Positions 27,669 through 39,209 are shown, counted from the stretch's first letter. The stretch: 64,000 bases of DNA from Mobula hypostoma (GCF_963921235.1 NC_086105.1:44888001-44952000); one strand, 5' to 3'. Translations and numbers: made by a program. Notes: generated from the letters alone by a model not told the origin.

Positions 27669-29119
27669 ATCTTCCGGTCAGGATGGTGCCGAGCTGTGGT
27701 GTCCATTGATGTCATGGCTCAGACTTGATTGATTATTAGTTCAAAACTGTGACTGTCCCACAAGCCATAGCTGTGGGACAATGCAGGGTGTTAAGGATCA
27801 GATTAGGGTTTACACATAGGGATAGGGGAGAATGAAGATTTAGGGGCAGGAGCCTTTGTTCATATTCCAGGTTGGAATGTTCTTTGTTCGAAGGTCAACG
27901 ATTTGGAGATTGGATTGGGTCAACATCACTGTAGAGACCATTGAACCCCTGGTTGCTAAATCCTAAACTGGAGGACCATGAGGGCAGGTGGACACCCCCC
28001 TCCCCCCCAACCCAACTCCAACTACTGGGATCGGATGTCCGTGCAATCTGGAAGTCCAGGCCCAAGTCACCTCACAGCAGAAGGTGAATGATCCTAGAGG
28101 TTGGTCTGGCTGAGGCCCGAAGGTTAAACCTATGATTGTTGAGTCCTGCGGTTGATAGCCAGAGCTTGGTGAATGTGGAGGTAGAAAGCCAAAATGGTCA
28201 CAGATCAAAGTCAGCAACTTCAGAGGCAGAGGGATTGGAAGCCTGATTTCTGTGTCTTTAAGAATCCAGGGCCAAGGACTGGAAGCCCAGAGGTGAACCT
28301 TGCTGGCTGTCCCCAGCATATCCCGGGGTGTGTTGGTTGCTAACGCAAACAAAGTACTTCACTGTATGTTTTGATGTACATGTGATAAATTAATCTGAAT
28401 CTGAAAGTTAGTCAAGCTCCGATGTATGGAATCCCATCAAAGGAGATAGTACAAGATAATGCTGCAGAGGAGTCTAATGCATTATAGACAGAACAAGACA
28501 ATGTTACAGCAGTTAACCTGGAATAAAGAAGAGTTTCTATGTTTAATGTCCATAGTTTTGAATACTGGAATAGTGATGCTTAGACTGCAAGTTATAATCT
28601 GTAGTACAGTTAACATTATTATTAAATGAAAACGTACTGCTGAAACATTGTGATGTCCACCTGTTGTGTCTGGGTCTCTGAACCTGTGCTCCCCCTCATC
28701 AGGTTTGCCCAATTTCTCATTGGATGAACTTGTTGAACCCATGGAAAGCCATAAACTTGCATTGTAAAACTTGCTTTTTATTTTGGAAAACTGAACAAAA
28801 ACTCATTTGGAGTATTTTGTGACCCTTGGGGAAAGTCACATTTGAAAAAGTTCAACACATCATCCAAATAATATCTTAAAAAACTTTACTTGGTCAGGAT
28901 AATAGCTTGGATAAATTGAGATTTGAATTTCTTGGCAATTTGTTTAGGGAGGGAATCCAGTTGATGGGTAATTTAAGATAATTAAGGAAATTATTATGGA
29001 AATTATTATTCTCCCTCAGAAAGATCTTCAAAGCATGGAGATGCACAATAAAACTACTGCTCTGCTCTCATGGAAGATCTTTTTATTAATGGCTGACAAA
29101 GGGATGTAGAGAAATCTTT

Positions 29120-30460
29120 AGACTGAAAGGCCTAGCCATATCTCCTTTCTCTGAGTCAGTGGGATAGCCCCATCCTGAACCCCAGGCAAGAGATCCCTGA
29201 ACAACTGCCATATTTCTGTTGTGCATTGCCCTGAGAACATCTGTTTCCAATATACGCTCCTAAGTTGCTGCCTAATAACATCATAATTAGCCCTCCTCAA
29301 TTAAATACTTTCCTATATAATTTGCTCCCATTCTCAGTAGAACAACACAGAACACAAGCAACAACAGTAAAGCAACCCAACTCCTGTTCCTCCCTCACAT
29401 CCAAGCACATATAGTCCTTTAGCCCCAAGATAGGCCTCTAGCTTCCAACAGACTTGAACCTGCAGACACTGGGCTTCTCAGAGGTCACACCTCAGTACCA
29501 TCTTTAATGTCTATTCCCTAAGTTCATCACTCTTAATCTTTCAACATACTTCAACCCTCCAACTGACTATATATGCCCTTTCCACTACCTATCCTTCCTT
29601 GGTCCGTGCACATTGCATCTAACTTTACACCAACTGCTCCATCACTTGACCTAATGCTCTGCATCCCATTCCTCTCCCAGTGTAGTTTAAATCCTCAACA
29701 GCTCTAGCCACCCATCTCTGTTACACAGGTGATACTTTCCCCAAAAGAGATCCCAATGATCCACAAACCTGAAACGCTGTCTGCTGCACCAACACTTAAG
29801 TCATGCATTCTTCTGCTGCATTGGCCTGTTCTTACCCTTGCAGACATGTGGCACACTCAGCAATCTATTCTTAAGGTCTGGCTTTTTAGCTTCCTTCCTT
29901 CCTGACTTTTTATGTTCATCCCCTTTTCTGGCTATGTCATTGGTACCAATGTGCACCATAATTTCTGGCTGCCTACCCTCCTCCTTAAGAATGCTGTGGA
30001 CTTAATCCTGGCAATTGGGAGGCAACATATCATCTAGGAGTCTTGTTCTCATCAAGTCTTCTGTCTGTACCCCGAACTAATGCATTCCTATCACTGCCCG
30101 TCTCCTCTTTTTTCCTCTCTTTCTCCCTCATCTGATCCATAGAACCAGATTCGGTGCCAAAGAATGCAACTTTCCCCGGTAGGCAGTCCTCCCCAACAGC
30201 ATCCAAAGTGGTATACTTGTTATTGAGGGTAACAGCCATGGGGTACCCTGCAATGACTACCTATTCCCTTTCCCTTCCAATTCCCTGCCTTTGTAAGTCC
30301 CATCTATCAATCCTCAGCCTCCTGAATTTTCCAGAGTTCATCCAGCTCCTGTTCCTAACACACTCCACAAGGAGCTTCAGCTGAATGTACTTCTAACAAA
30401 TGTAATCTAGGATACTGGAGGTCTCTCTGACTTCCTACATCCTGCAAGGGGAACATATCA
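29120..30460 (-). mobile_element. Old CR1 LINE 5' part (ORF1 zinc-finger/esterase remnant, ORF1/ORF2 junction, ORF2 scraps)
   Basis: MAVTLNNKYTTLDAVGEDCLPG..GTESGS..LVRGTDRR parallels the ORF1 at 37836-38394; TTTAAAC on the minus strand at 29685-29691. Confidence 0.75.
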
Positions 30461-30669
30461 CCGCTCTTACAGTCACTTCAACTGCACAATCAGAAAGAAA
30501 GAGACTTTACCAGAACCTCACCTTTGCTCTCCTGCTCCACCCCTTCTCAGCAATGCCTCCTTAGCCTCAGGTCCCACTTACACTTGGGCACCAACACAAT
30601 GACCACTCCTTTTGAGTTTACTACCACCTTCTGACCAACACTAAACTAGGCACGACAACCCACTTCAGA

Positions 30670-31110
30670 GTACTGAAATGTTACATTTATCCAATTATGT
30701 TATATGGCTCAAAATGTTGGACAATATCTAGTAATATGAGGAAACGAATTGAAGCAGCAGAGATGTGGTTTTTGAGGAGGATGCAAAGAATATCATGGAC
30801 GAAATGAATATCTAATGAGGATGTCATGAACAGAACAAACACAAAAAGAGAAATAATGTATGAGATCATGAAAAGGCAATGTAACTTCATTGAACATGTG
30901 CTTAGGAAAGAGGAGTTATAATGCACAGTAATTATGGGAAAGATTGAAGGGAAGAAAGCAAGAGGAAGACAAAGACAAATGATGATGGAGATAGCAGCCA
31001 GAGAACTGCAAATAAATACCAATGAATTGATCCACTTGACCCGAAACAGGAGTGTGTGGACCATGGCAGTCAAAGCTCAAACTGGGCATGGCACCTGATG
31101 ATGATGATGA
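30670..31110 (+). mobile_element. RTE-clade LINE 3' end with (TGA)n tail
   Basis: MLYGSKCWTISSNMRKRIEAAEMWFLRRMQRISWT...GKIEGKKARGRQR; ends tgatgatgatgatga. Confidence 0.85.
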
Positions 31111-31656
31111 CCTTAATGGCAGCTCTTTTAAATCCTTTCCACTGTCCTGTAAAGTGAAACTCACCAGCCATGAGACTTGCTCTTTTAAATTCTTCCTGCT
31201 CTCGATCCTGTAATGCATAGCTCATTTACTACTACTTGGTCTGTAACTCACTGTGCTCTGGTGATTTGAGTGTATCTCCAGATACTTATTAAATGTTATG
31301 TGAATATCTGCATCCTCCACCACTTCAGGCAATGCATTCCTGATTGCAATCATCATCTGGGTTTAAAAAAATCTTCCTCAGATTCCCTCCAAATCGCCTA
31401 CTCCTCTCTGAGAGATCTTTTCAGATGTTCACCACTATTTACTATATTTCTACAATACTCTCTCGGGCTTTATCATTCACAGTAAACATCCTGTCTTCAT
31501 TAGAGCTGCCTCTCCCAAATTCATTCCTTTACACTAATCAGAAATAAATTACTAAGTAGATCAATATGATTCTGCAGTCTGATTAACCTCTCTCTCAACA
31601 ACAGCGTGAATTTTTATGTCATCAGCAAACTTAGAAATTATACCTCCTACATTTAT

Positions 31657-32586
31657 CACATCTTTCCCTCCCCCCCTCTCTCTGCATTCCACAGGGATCG
31701 CTCCCTACACAACTCCCTTGTCCATTCGTCCCCCCCATCCCTCCCCACTGATCTCCCTCCTGGCACTTATCCGTGTAAGCGGAACAAGTGTTACACATGC
31801 CCTTACACTTCCTCCCTTACCACCATTCAGGGCCCCAAACAGTCCTTCCAGGTGAGGCATCACTTCACCTGTGAGGCATCACTTCACCTGTGAGTCGACT
31901 GGGGTGATATACTGCGTCCGGTGCTCCTGATGTGGCCTTTTATATATTGGTGAGACCCGACGCAGACTGGGAGACCGCTTTGCTGAACATCTACGCTCTG
32001 TCCGCCAGAGAAAGCAGGATCTCCCAGTGGCCATACATTTTAATTCCACATCCCATTCCCATTCTGACATGTCTATCCACGGCCTCCTCTACTGTAAAGA
32101 TGAAGCCACACTCAGGATGGAGGAACAACACCTTATATTCCGTCTGGGTAGCCTCCAACCTGATGGCATGAACATTGACTTCTCTAACTTCCGCTAGGCC
32201 CCACCTCCCCCTCGTACCCCATCTGTTACTCATTTTTATGCACACATTCTTTCTCTCACTCTCCTTTTTCTCCCTCTGTCCCTCTGAATATACCTCTTGC
32301 CCATCCTCTGGGTCACCCCCCCCCGTCTTTCTTCCCGGACCTCCTGTCCCATGATCCTCTCGTATCCCCTTTTGCCTATCACCTGTCCAGCTCTCAGCTC
32401 TATCCCTCCCCCTCCTGTCTTCTCCTATCATTTTGCATCTCCCCCTCCCCCTCCAGCTTTCAAATCCCTTACTCACTCTTCCTTCAGTTAGTCCTGACGA
32501 AGGGTCTCGGTCTGAAACGTCGACTGCACCTCTTCCTATAGATGCTGCTTGGCCTGCTGCGTTCACCAGCAACTTTGATGTGTGTT
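31657..32586 (+). mobile_element. Penelope-like element (Neptune-like), 5'-truncated: Cys-rich linker, GIY-YIG endonuclease and 3' UTR
   Basis: PCKRNKCYTC..FTCE/STGVIYCVRCS*CGLLYIGETRRRLGDRFAEHLRS..PVAIHFNSTSHS..EQHLIFRLGSLQPDGMN; 14-bp direct repeat cctcctacatttat at 31643-31656 and 32587-32600. Confidence 0.92.
32489..32526 (+). ncRNA. Minimal type I hammerhead ribozyme motif in the Penelope 3' end
   Basis: uaguc-CUGACGA-agggucucggucu-GAAA-cg-UC-gacug: core boxes in order, stem I aguc/gacu, GUC cleavage triplet, stem III reduced to palindromic ACGU. Confidence 0.7.
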
Positions 32587-32612
32587 CCTCCTACATTTAT
32601 ATCTGTTATTAT

Positions 32613-32921
32613 GTGGGCACGTGGCCAAGTAGTTAAGGCATTGGACTGGTTATCTGAAGGTCGTGAGTTTGAGCCCCAGCCAAGGCAACGTGTTGTGAGC
32701 TTGAGCAAGGCACTTAGTCACTCTGCGACGACACTGGTGCCAAGCTGTATGGGTCCTAATGCCCTGCCCTTGGACAACATTGATGTTGTGGAGAGGGAAG
32801 ACTTACAGCATAGGCAATTGCTGGTCTTCCATACAACCTTGCCCAGGCCTACGCCCTGGAGAGTGAAGACTTTCCAGGCGCAGATCCATGGTCTCGCAAG
32901 ACTAACGGATGCCTTTACTTT
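32613..32921 (+). mobile_element. tRNA-derived SINE
   Basis: Head gggcacgtggccaagtagttaaggc (A box)..ggtcgtgagtttgagcccc (B box), then a non-tRNA body cttgagcaaggcactta and tail cctttacttt. Confidence 0.8.
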
Positions 32922-34830
32922 AATGTATATAGCAAATGGCAAAGGTTCTAGCATAAACTTTTGTGATGTGTTTGCTGGAACTGGACTGTGTACAAACTTT
33001 TTTTGATTACAGCTTACACTTTCCCCCATCTTTTAACATACACTAATCTTGAAATTGTGTTCAACTTTAGGTGCTGAGTGGTTGATCCACCTTGGCTTTC
33101 TACTTTAGGTCCCTACAATTACAGTCAGTTTGGTTCAGTCATCTGATGTCAAGAAAAGGTTGACAACAGTGAATTTAGCAAAAGCTTTGGGGTCATCTGT
33201 AGCATTTGAACCCTGATGCACTCCAGCCCAGTTTTTCCAGTACACTTTACAATGTCTCCTTGACATTATGAAAGCTTGTTCGGGTATAGAGAAAATTCAA
33301 TCCAGTCCAATGTAATGGCTGCCCAATCTTTCTACACTCTAACATCAATGAAGTTATGGAAAGTGTTGGTGAGAGCATTTGTATCCAATAAGCTAATATC
33401 CCATAAGTTGATAGGCACAATGGTTAAAAGAATCCAGTGTGTGGAGCCACCTCAACAACGAAAGGTGGTTGTAATTTTTGAAATGCAATAAAACCAGCCG
33501 CACATTAGAGTTCCAGTACCTAGCAAAACTAATCCCATTTACTACGACTTAGTAACCCACTGTGCCCTGGCAACTTGCGTGCATCTCTAGATGCTTATTA
33601 AATGTTGTTATAGTACCTGCCTCATCCACTGCCACAGGTAATGCATTTCTGATTGCAATCATCTTCTGGGTCAAAAAAAATTCAGCCTCAGATCCCCTCC
33701 AAATCTCCTATCTGGACACTGTCCTGGTCCCAATCATTAAGTGCTTCACCAATGATGTTCCATTCATTAAAAATTAAATGTTCCTTTGGTAATTGTTCAG
33801 AAAATGAAGCAATTCCTATTTGCGTGTGGGAGCACATAGGCAATATGAAGGCAAAATTGCTAAACACAAGTAGCATTTGCGTTATACGAATGCCAAGTAA
33901 TGAGTATCTCCATTTAAGAGGATACTAAACCATCTACTCTTAATGTTCAGTGGTATTACCATTAATCCTCCAATGTCAATAACCTCAAGATGAGGGTTAG
34001 ACCGACAACTCAATATGATGGCTACAATTGCAAGTTAGAAGGCCAATACACTGGGCTAAATATGTTAGAATATCCTTTGCTTGTCAGGAAGAGTGTGTTT
34101 CCAACAGCACTCAAACATGCTAAGATCCAGGGCAAAGCTCCCTGCTTGATTAGCACCCTATCAGTCATTCTAAACATACCCTTCTGCCACCATTGCAGCA
34201 TTACATACCATCTGTGCAATTAACTGCAGTCCCCAGCCACCTGTCCAGGCCTCCCTGGAGCATATCCATAACGCTGAAATCTGTCAGCAAAAAAGACAGC
34301 ACTGGTGGGTGTAGTCAATACCAACTGCACATTTCCTTTTTCAGGCACCATCTTCAGTTGGAAATATTTTACGATTCCATGATAAAGACTCAGCAACAGT
34401 GAAGGATCCACCCCTTCAACTTTAGTGGGAACTCTTATCAGTAGTGTATCAGTGGCTCATTACCAACCTCTTGCATTTAGGAACAAGCAATAGATGCTGG
34501 TTTTGCTAATAGGATCTGCATTCTCTGAAACAAATGATAAAGCATTCTAAGGAACCGCACAGAATAATAAAAAAACAGACTTTTAGCACCATGCAGCATT
34601 GAGTATATTAATACAGTTCACTAAAGGCAGCCATGTACAATAAAATGAAATCTTGACCTCACATTCCAACTTATTATGCCTTGCTGCACTTTCTCTGTAA
34701 CTTTATCACTATTCTGCATTCTGTTATTAAACATAGAAACATAGAAACATAGAAAATAGGTGCAGGAGTAGGCCATTCGGCCCTTCGAGCCTGCACCGCC
34801 ATTTATTATGATCATGGCTGATCATCCAAC

Positions 34831-37800
34831 TCAGAACCCAGCCTTCCCTCCATACCCCCTGACCCCTGTAGCCACAAGGGCCATATCTAACTTCCTTTTA
34901 AACATAGCTAATGAACTGGCCTCAACAGTTTCCTGTGGCAGAGAATTCCACAGATTCACCACTCTCTGTGTGAAGAAGTTTTTCCTAACCTCGGTCCTAA
35001 AAGGCTTCCCCTCTATCCTCAAACTGTGACCCCTCGTTCTAGACCTCCCCAACATCGGGAACAATCTTCCCGCATCTAGCCTGTCCAATCCCTTTAGGAT
35101 CTTATACGTTTCAATCAGATCCCCCCTCAATCTTCTAAATTCCAACGAGTACAAGCCCAGTTCATCCAGTCTTTCTTCATATGAAAGACCTGCCATCCCA
35201 GGAATCAATCTGGTGAACCTTCTTTGTACTCCCTCTATGGCAAAGATGTCTTTCCTCAGATTAGGGGACCAAAACTGCACACAATACTCCAGGTGTGGTC
35301 TCACCAAGGCCTTGTACAACTGCAGTAGTACCTCCCTGCTCCTGTACTCGAATCCTCTCGCTATAAATGCCAGCATACTGTTCGCCTTTTTCACCGCCTG
35401 CTGCACCTGCATGCCCACTTTCAATGACTGGTGTATAATGACACCCAGGTCTCGTTGCACCTCCCCTTTTCCTAATCGGCCACCATTCAGATAATAATCT
35501 GTTTTCCTATTTTTGCCACCAAAGTGGATAACTTCACATTTATCCACATTAAATTGCATCTGCCATGAGTTTGCCCACTCACCCAACCTATCCAAGTCAC
35601 CCTGCATCCTCTTAGCATCCTCCTCACTGCTAACACTGCCACCCAGCTTCGTGTCATCCGCAAACTTGGAGATGCTGCATTTAATTCCCTCATCCAAGTC
35701 ATTAATATATATTGTAAACAACTGGGGTCCCAGCACTGAGCCTTGCGGTACCCCACTAGTCACCGCCTGCCATTCTGAAAAGGTCCCGTTTATTCCCACT
35801 CTTTGCTTCCTGTCTGCTAACCAATTCTCCACCCACACCAATACCTTACCCCCAATACCGTGTGCTTTAAGTTTGCACACTAATCTCCTGTGTGGGACCT
35901 TGTCAAAAGCCTTTTGAAAATCCAAATATACCACATCCACTGGTTCTCCCCTATCCACTCTACTAGTTACATCCTCAAAAAATTCTATGAGATTCGTCAG
36001 ACATGATTTTCCTTTCACAAATCCATGCTGACTTTGTCCGATCATTTCACCGCTTTCCAAATGTGCTGTTATCACATCCTTGATAACTGACTCCAGCAGT
36101 TTCCCCACCACCGACGTTAGGCTAACCGGCCTATAATTCCCCGGTTTCTCTCTCCCTCCTTTTTTAAAAAGTGGGGTTACATTAGCCACCCTCCAATCCT
36201 CAGGAACTAGTCCAGAATCTAACGAGTTTTGAAAAATTATCACTAATGCATCCACTATTTCTTGGGCCACTTCCTTAAGCACTCTGGGATGCAGACCATC
36301 TGGCCCTGGGGATTTATCTGCCTTCAATCCCTTCAATTTACCTAACACCACTTCCCTACTAACATGTATTTCGCTCAGTTCCTCCATCTCACTGGACCCT
36401 CTGTCCCTTACTATTTCTGGAAGATTATTTATGTCCTCCTTAGTGAAGACAGAACCAAAGTAATTATTCAATTGGTCTGCCATGTCCTTGCTCCCCATAA
36501 TCAATTCACCTGTTTCTGTTTGCAGGGGACCTACATTTGTCTTTATCAGTCTTTTCCTTTTTACATATCTATAAAAGCTTTTACAGTCCGTTTTTATGTT
36601 CTCTGCCAGTTTTCTCTCATAATCTTTTTTCCCCTTCCTAATTAAGCCCTTTGTCCTCCTCTGCTGAACTCTGAATTTCTCCCAGTCCTCAGGTGAGCCA
36701 CTTTCTCTGGCTAATTTGTATGCTACTTCTTTGGAATTGATACTATCCCTAATTTCTCTTGTCAGCCACGGGTGCACTACCTTCCTTGATTTATTCTTTT
36801 GCCAAACTGGGATGAACAATTGTTGTAGTTCATCCATGCAACCTTTAAATGCCTGCCATTGCATATCCACCGTCAATCCTTGAAGTGTCATTTGCCAGTC
36901 TATCTTAGCTAATTCACGTCTCATACCTTCAAAGTTACCCCTCTTTAAGTTCAGAACCTTTGTTTCTGAATTAACTACGTCACTCTCCATGTTAATGAAG
37001 AATTCCACCATATTATGGTCACTCTTACCCAAGGGGCCTCTCACGACAAGATCGCTAATTAACCCTTCCTCATTGCTCAAAACCCAGTCCAGAATAGCCT
37101 GCTCTCTAGTCGGTTCCTCGGCATGTTGGTTCAAAAAACCATCCCGCATACATTCCAAGAAATCCTCTTCCTCAGCACCTTTACCAATTTGGTTCACCCA
37201 GTCTACATGTAGATTGAAGTCACCCATTATAACTGCTGTTCCTTTATTGCACACATTTCTAATTTCCTGTTTAATACCATCTCCGACCTCACTACTACTG
37301 TTAGGTGGCCTGTACACAACTCCCACCAGCGTCTTCTGCCCCTTAGTGTTACGCAGCTCTACCCATATCAATTCCACATCTTCCCGGCTTATGTCCTTCC
37401 TTTCTATTGCGTTAATCTCTTTTTTAACCAGCAACGCCACCCCACCTCCCCTTCCTTCATGTCTATCCCTCCTGAATATTGAATATCCCTGAACGTTGAG
37501 CTCCCATCCCTGGTCACCCTGGAGCCATGTCTCTGTGATCCCAACTATATCATAATCATTAATAACAATCTGCACTTTCAATTCATCCACCTTATTACGA
37601 ATGCTCCTTGCATTGACACATAAAGCCTTCAGGCGCTCTTTTACAACTCTCTTAGCCCTTTTTAATGCTTGCCCTGGATTTGTCGGCCTGCCACTTTTAC
37701 TTTTCCCCTTTGTACTTTTTGCTTCTACGCTCACTTTACACCCCTCTGTCTCTCTGCGCTGGTTCCCATCCCTCTGTTGTGAACTAACCTCCTCACACCT

Positions 37801-37851
37801 AGCCGCTTTAATTTGATTCCCACCCCCCAACCATTCTAGTTTAAAGTCACC
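34831..37851 (-). CDS. CR1 ORF2: APE endonuclease and reverse transcriptase; open frame with no N-terminal AUG
   Basis: NARS, GITETW, YRPP, GDFN and SDH endonuclease motifs; [36 protein letters not shown] and FADD RT motifs; no stops over more than 999 codons. Confidence 0.95.
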   Translation of the reverse strand, partial: GDFKLEWLGGGNQIKAARCEEVSSQQRDGNQRRETEGCKVSVEAKSTKGKSKSGRPTNPGQALKRAKRVVKERLKALCVNARSIRNKVDELKVQIVINDYDIVGITETWLQGDQGWELNVQGYSIFRRDRHEGRGGGVALLVKKEINAIERKDISREDVELIWVELRNTKGQKTLVGVVYRPPNSSSEVGDGIKQEIRNVCNKGTAVIMGDFNLHVDWVNQIGKGAEEEDFLECMRDGFLNQHAEEPTREQAILDWVLSNEEGLISDLVVRGPLGKSDHNMVEFFINMESDVVNSETKVLNLKRGNFEGMRRELAKIDWQMTLQGLTVDMQWQAFKGCMDELQQLFIPVWQKNKSRKVVHPWLTREIRDSINSKEVAYKLARESGSPEDWEKFRVQQRRTKGLIRKGKKDYERKLAENIKTDCKSFYRYVKRKRLIKTNVGPLQTETGELIMGSKDMADQLNNYFGSVFTKEDINNLPEIVRDRGSSEMEELSEIHVSREVVLGKLKGLKADKSPGPDGLHPRVLKEVAQEIVDALVIIFQNSLDSGLVPEDWRVANVTPLFKKGGREKPGNYRPVSLTSVVGKLLESVIKDVITAHLESGEMIGQSQHGFVKGKSCLTNLIEFFEDVTSRVDRGEPVDVVYLDFQKAFDKVPHRRLVCKLKAHGIGGKVLVWVENWLADRKQRVGINGTFSEWQAVTSGVPQGSVLGPQLFTIYINDLDEGIKCSISKFADDTKLGGSVSSEEDAKRMQGDLDRLGEWANSWQMQFNVDKCEVIHFGGKNRKTDYYLNGGRLGKGEVQRDLGVIIHQSLKVGMQVQQAVKKANSMLAFIARGFEYRSREVLLQLYKALVRPHLEYCVQFWSPNLRKDIFAIEGVQRRFTRLIPGMAGLSYEERLDELGLYSLEFRRLRGDLIETYKILKGLDRLDAGRLFPMLGRSRTRGHSLRIEGKPFRTEVRKNFFTQRVVNLWNSLPQETVEASSLAMFKRKLDMALVATGVRGYGGKAGF

Positions 37852-38394
37852 TCAGTAGCCCCCGCTAATCTCCCTGCCAGGATATTGGTCCCCCTAGGTT
37901 TTAAGTGTAACCCGTCCTTTTTGTACAGGTCACACCTGCGCCAAAAGAGGTCCCAATGATCCAAAAACTTGAATCCCTGCCCCCTGCTCCAATCCCTCAG
38001 CCACGCATTTATCCTCCACCTCATCGCATTACTACTCTCACTGTCGCGTGGCACAGGCAGTAATCCCGAGATTACTACCTTTGCGGTCCTTTTTCTCAAC
38101 TCCCTTCCTAGCTCCCTATATTCTTCTTTCAGGACCTCATCCCTTTTCCTACCTATGTCATTGGTACCTATATGTACCAGGACCTCTGGCTCTTCACCCT
38201 CCCACTTCAGGATATCTTGGACACGATCAGAAATATCCCGGACCCTGGCACCAGGGAGGCAAACTACCATCCGAGTCTCTGGACTGCGTCCACAGAATCG
38301 CCTATCTGACCCCCTTACTATCGAGTCCCCTATCACAACTGCCCTCCTCTTCCTTGCCCTACCCTTCTGAGCTACAGGGCCAGACTCTGTACCC
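37836..38394 (-). CDS. CR1 ORF1 C-terminal SGNH esterase domain (5'-truncated)
   Basis: VIGDSIVRG, CLPGA, HIGTND and DGLHL blocks. The N-terminus of the track ORF (38395-38465) is flanking DNA. Confidence 0.9.
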
Positions 38395-39209
38395 CCTTGT
38401 ACTGCATTGGTGTACTGATGTGATGAAATTATGTGATGGATAGCATGCAAAATAAAGTTTTTCACTGTACATCAGTGCATGTGACAATAATAAATAATTC
38501 ACCAATGTTCTTTTCCCCTGACTGTTGTGTCCAGAACCAGAAGTCGTTCTCAAAATAAGTGGTTGATGATTTGGGACTGGCATGAAAAGAAGTTTCTTAA
38601 GCTGGAGGGTATCAAGCTTTGACATTCTCTACCCATTGGGGACTGTGACAGTGATAGGTTTTTGGATTTCAAGGGAATTGGGAAGTAATGAGTTAGTGCA
38701 GAAAAATGGGCATTTGTGGTTTCTGCTGGCTGGGACCTGTCTGGTTATAAGTAAAGTATTATTCAAGAAGAGCTTGCTTTTCAGGGTTATTGAAATGTTT
38801 AGACAATGATTTTTCTTCTGTCAGCATTTTTGTTGTGGCTTTTATTTTATGGCCAGACTAATGGAGATTGTAGAATAAAGGATATTGTGGTCAGCCCAGC
38901 AATCATAAATGCCAGTCATGCCATAGATGATTCAGATATCCTTGTAATTTCTACATTGGATGATGCTATACTGCAACAGGTATCAGTACCTGGATTAGGA
39001 TTGTTGCCAATAGATCTTGTACTTTTCTCTCTAATGAAACAGAGTGTTGGTTAAGTTAAAGTTGTGTTCCAAGCATTTTGTCAGGTGGACAACTTATTAA
39101 TGTTGATATCTCCAGACTTTTATTACCAATTATGACTTAACAGCAGTTTGCAACTAGGATGCAAGTCAAGATTTTCCCAAGAATAAAGAAAAAAATTCCT
39201 TCTTAGCTG

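Larger units (their letters stand above)
34729..38394 (-). mobile_element. Young CR1 LINE, 5'-truncated within ORF1
   Basis: 3' tail (TTTCTATG)n at about 34729-34756; intact ORF2 and partial ORF1; inserted into the tail of an older LINE (about 34665-34728 and 38395-38500). Confidence 0.97.

Noticed and set aside
31991-32572. 193-aa minus-strand ORF
   Set aside because: Antisense of the Penelope endonuclease and its pyrimidine-rich 3' UTR.
32613-32690. Possible tRNA gene
   Set aside because: tRNA-like head with a mutated T-loop (GTTTGA) that runs into a SINE body and tail with no oligo-T terminator.
34700-38420. Target-site duplication around the young CR1
   Set aside because: No convincing direct repeat found at the two junctions.
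35213-38443. Plus-strand ORFs overlapping the CR1
   Set aside because: Antisense shadows of CR1 coding sequence with no recognisable motifs.
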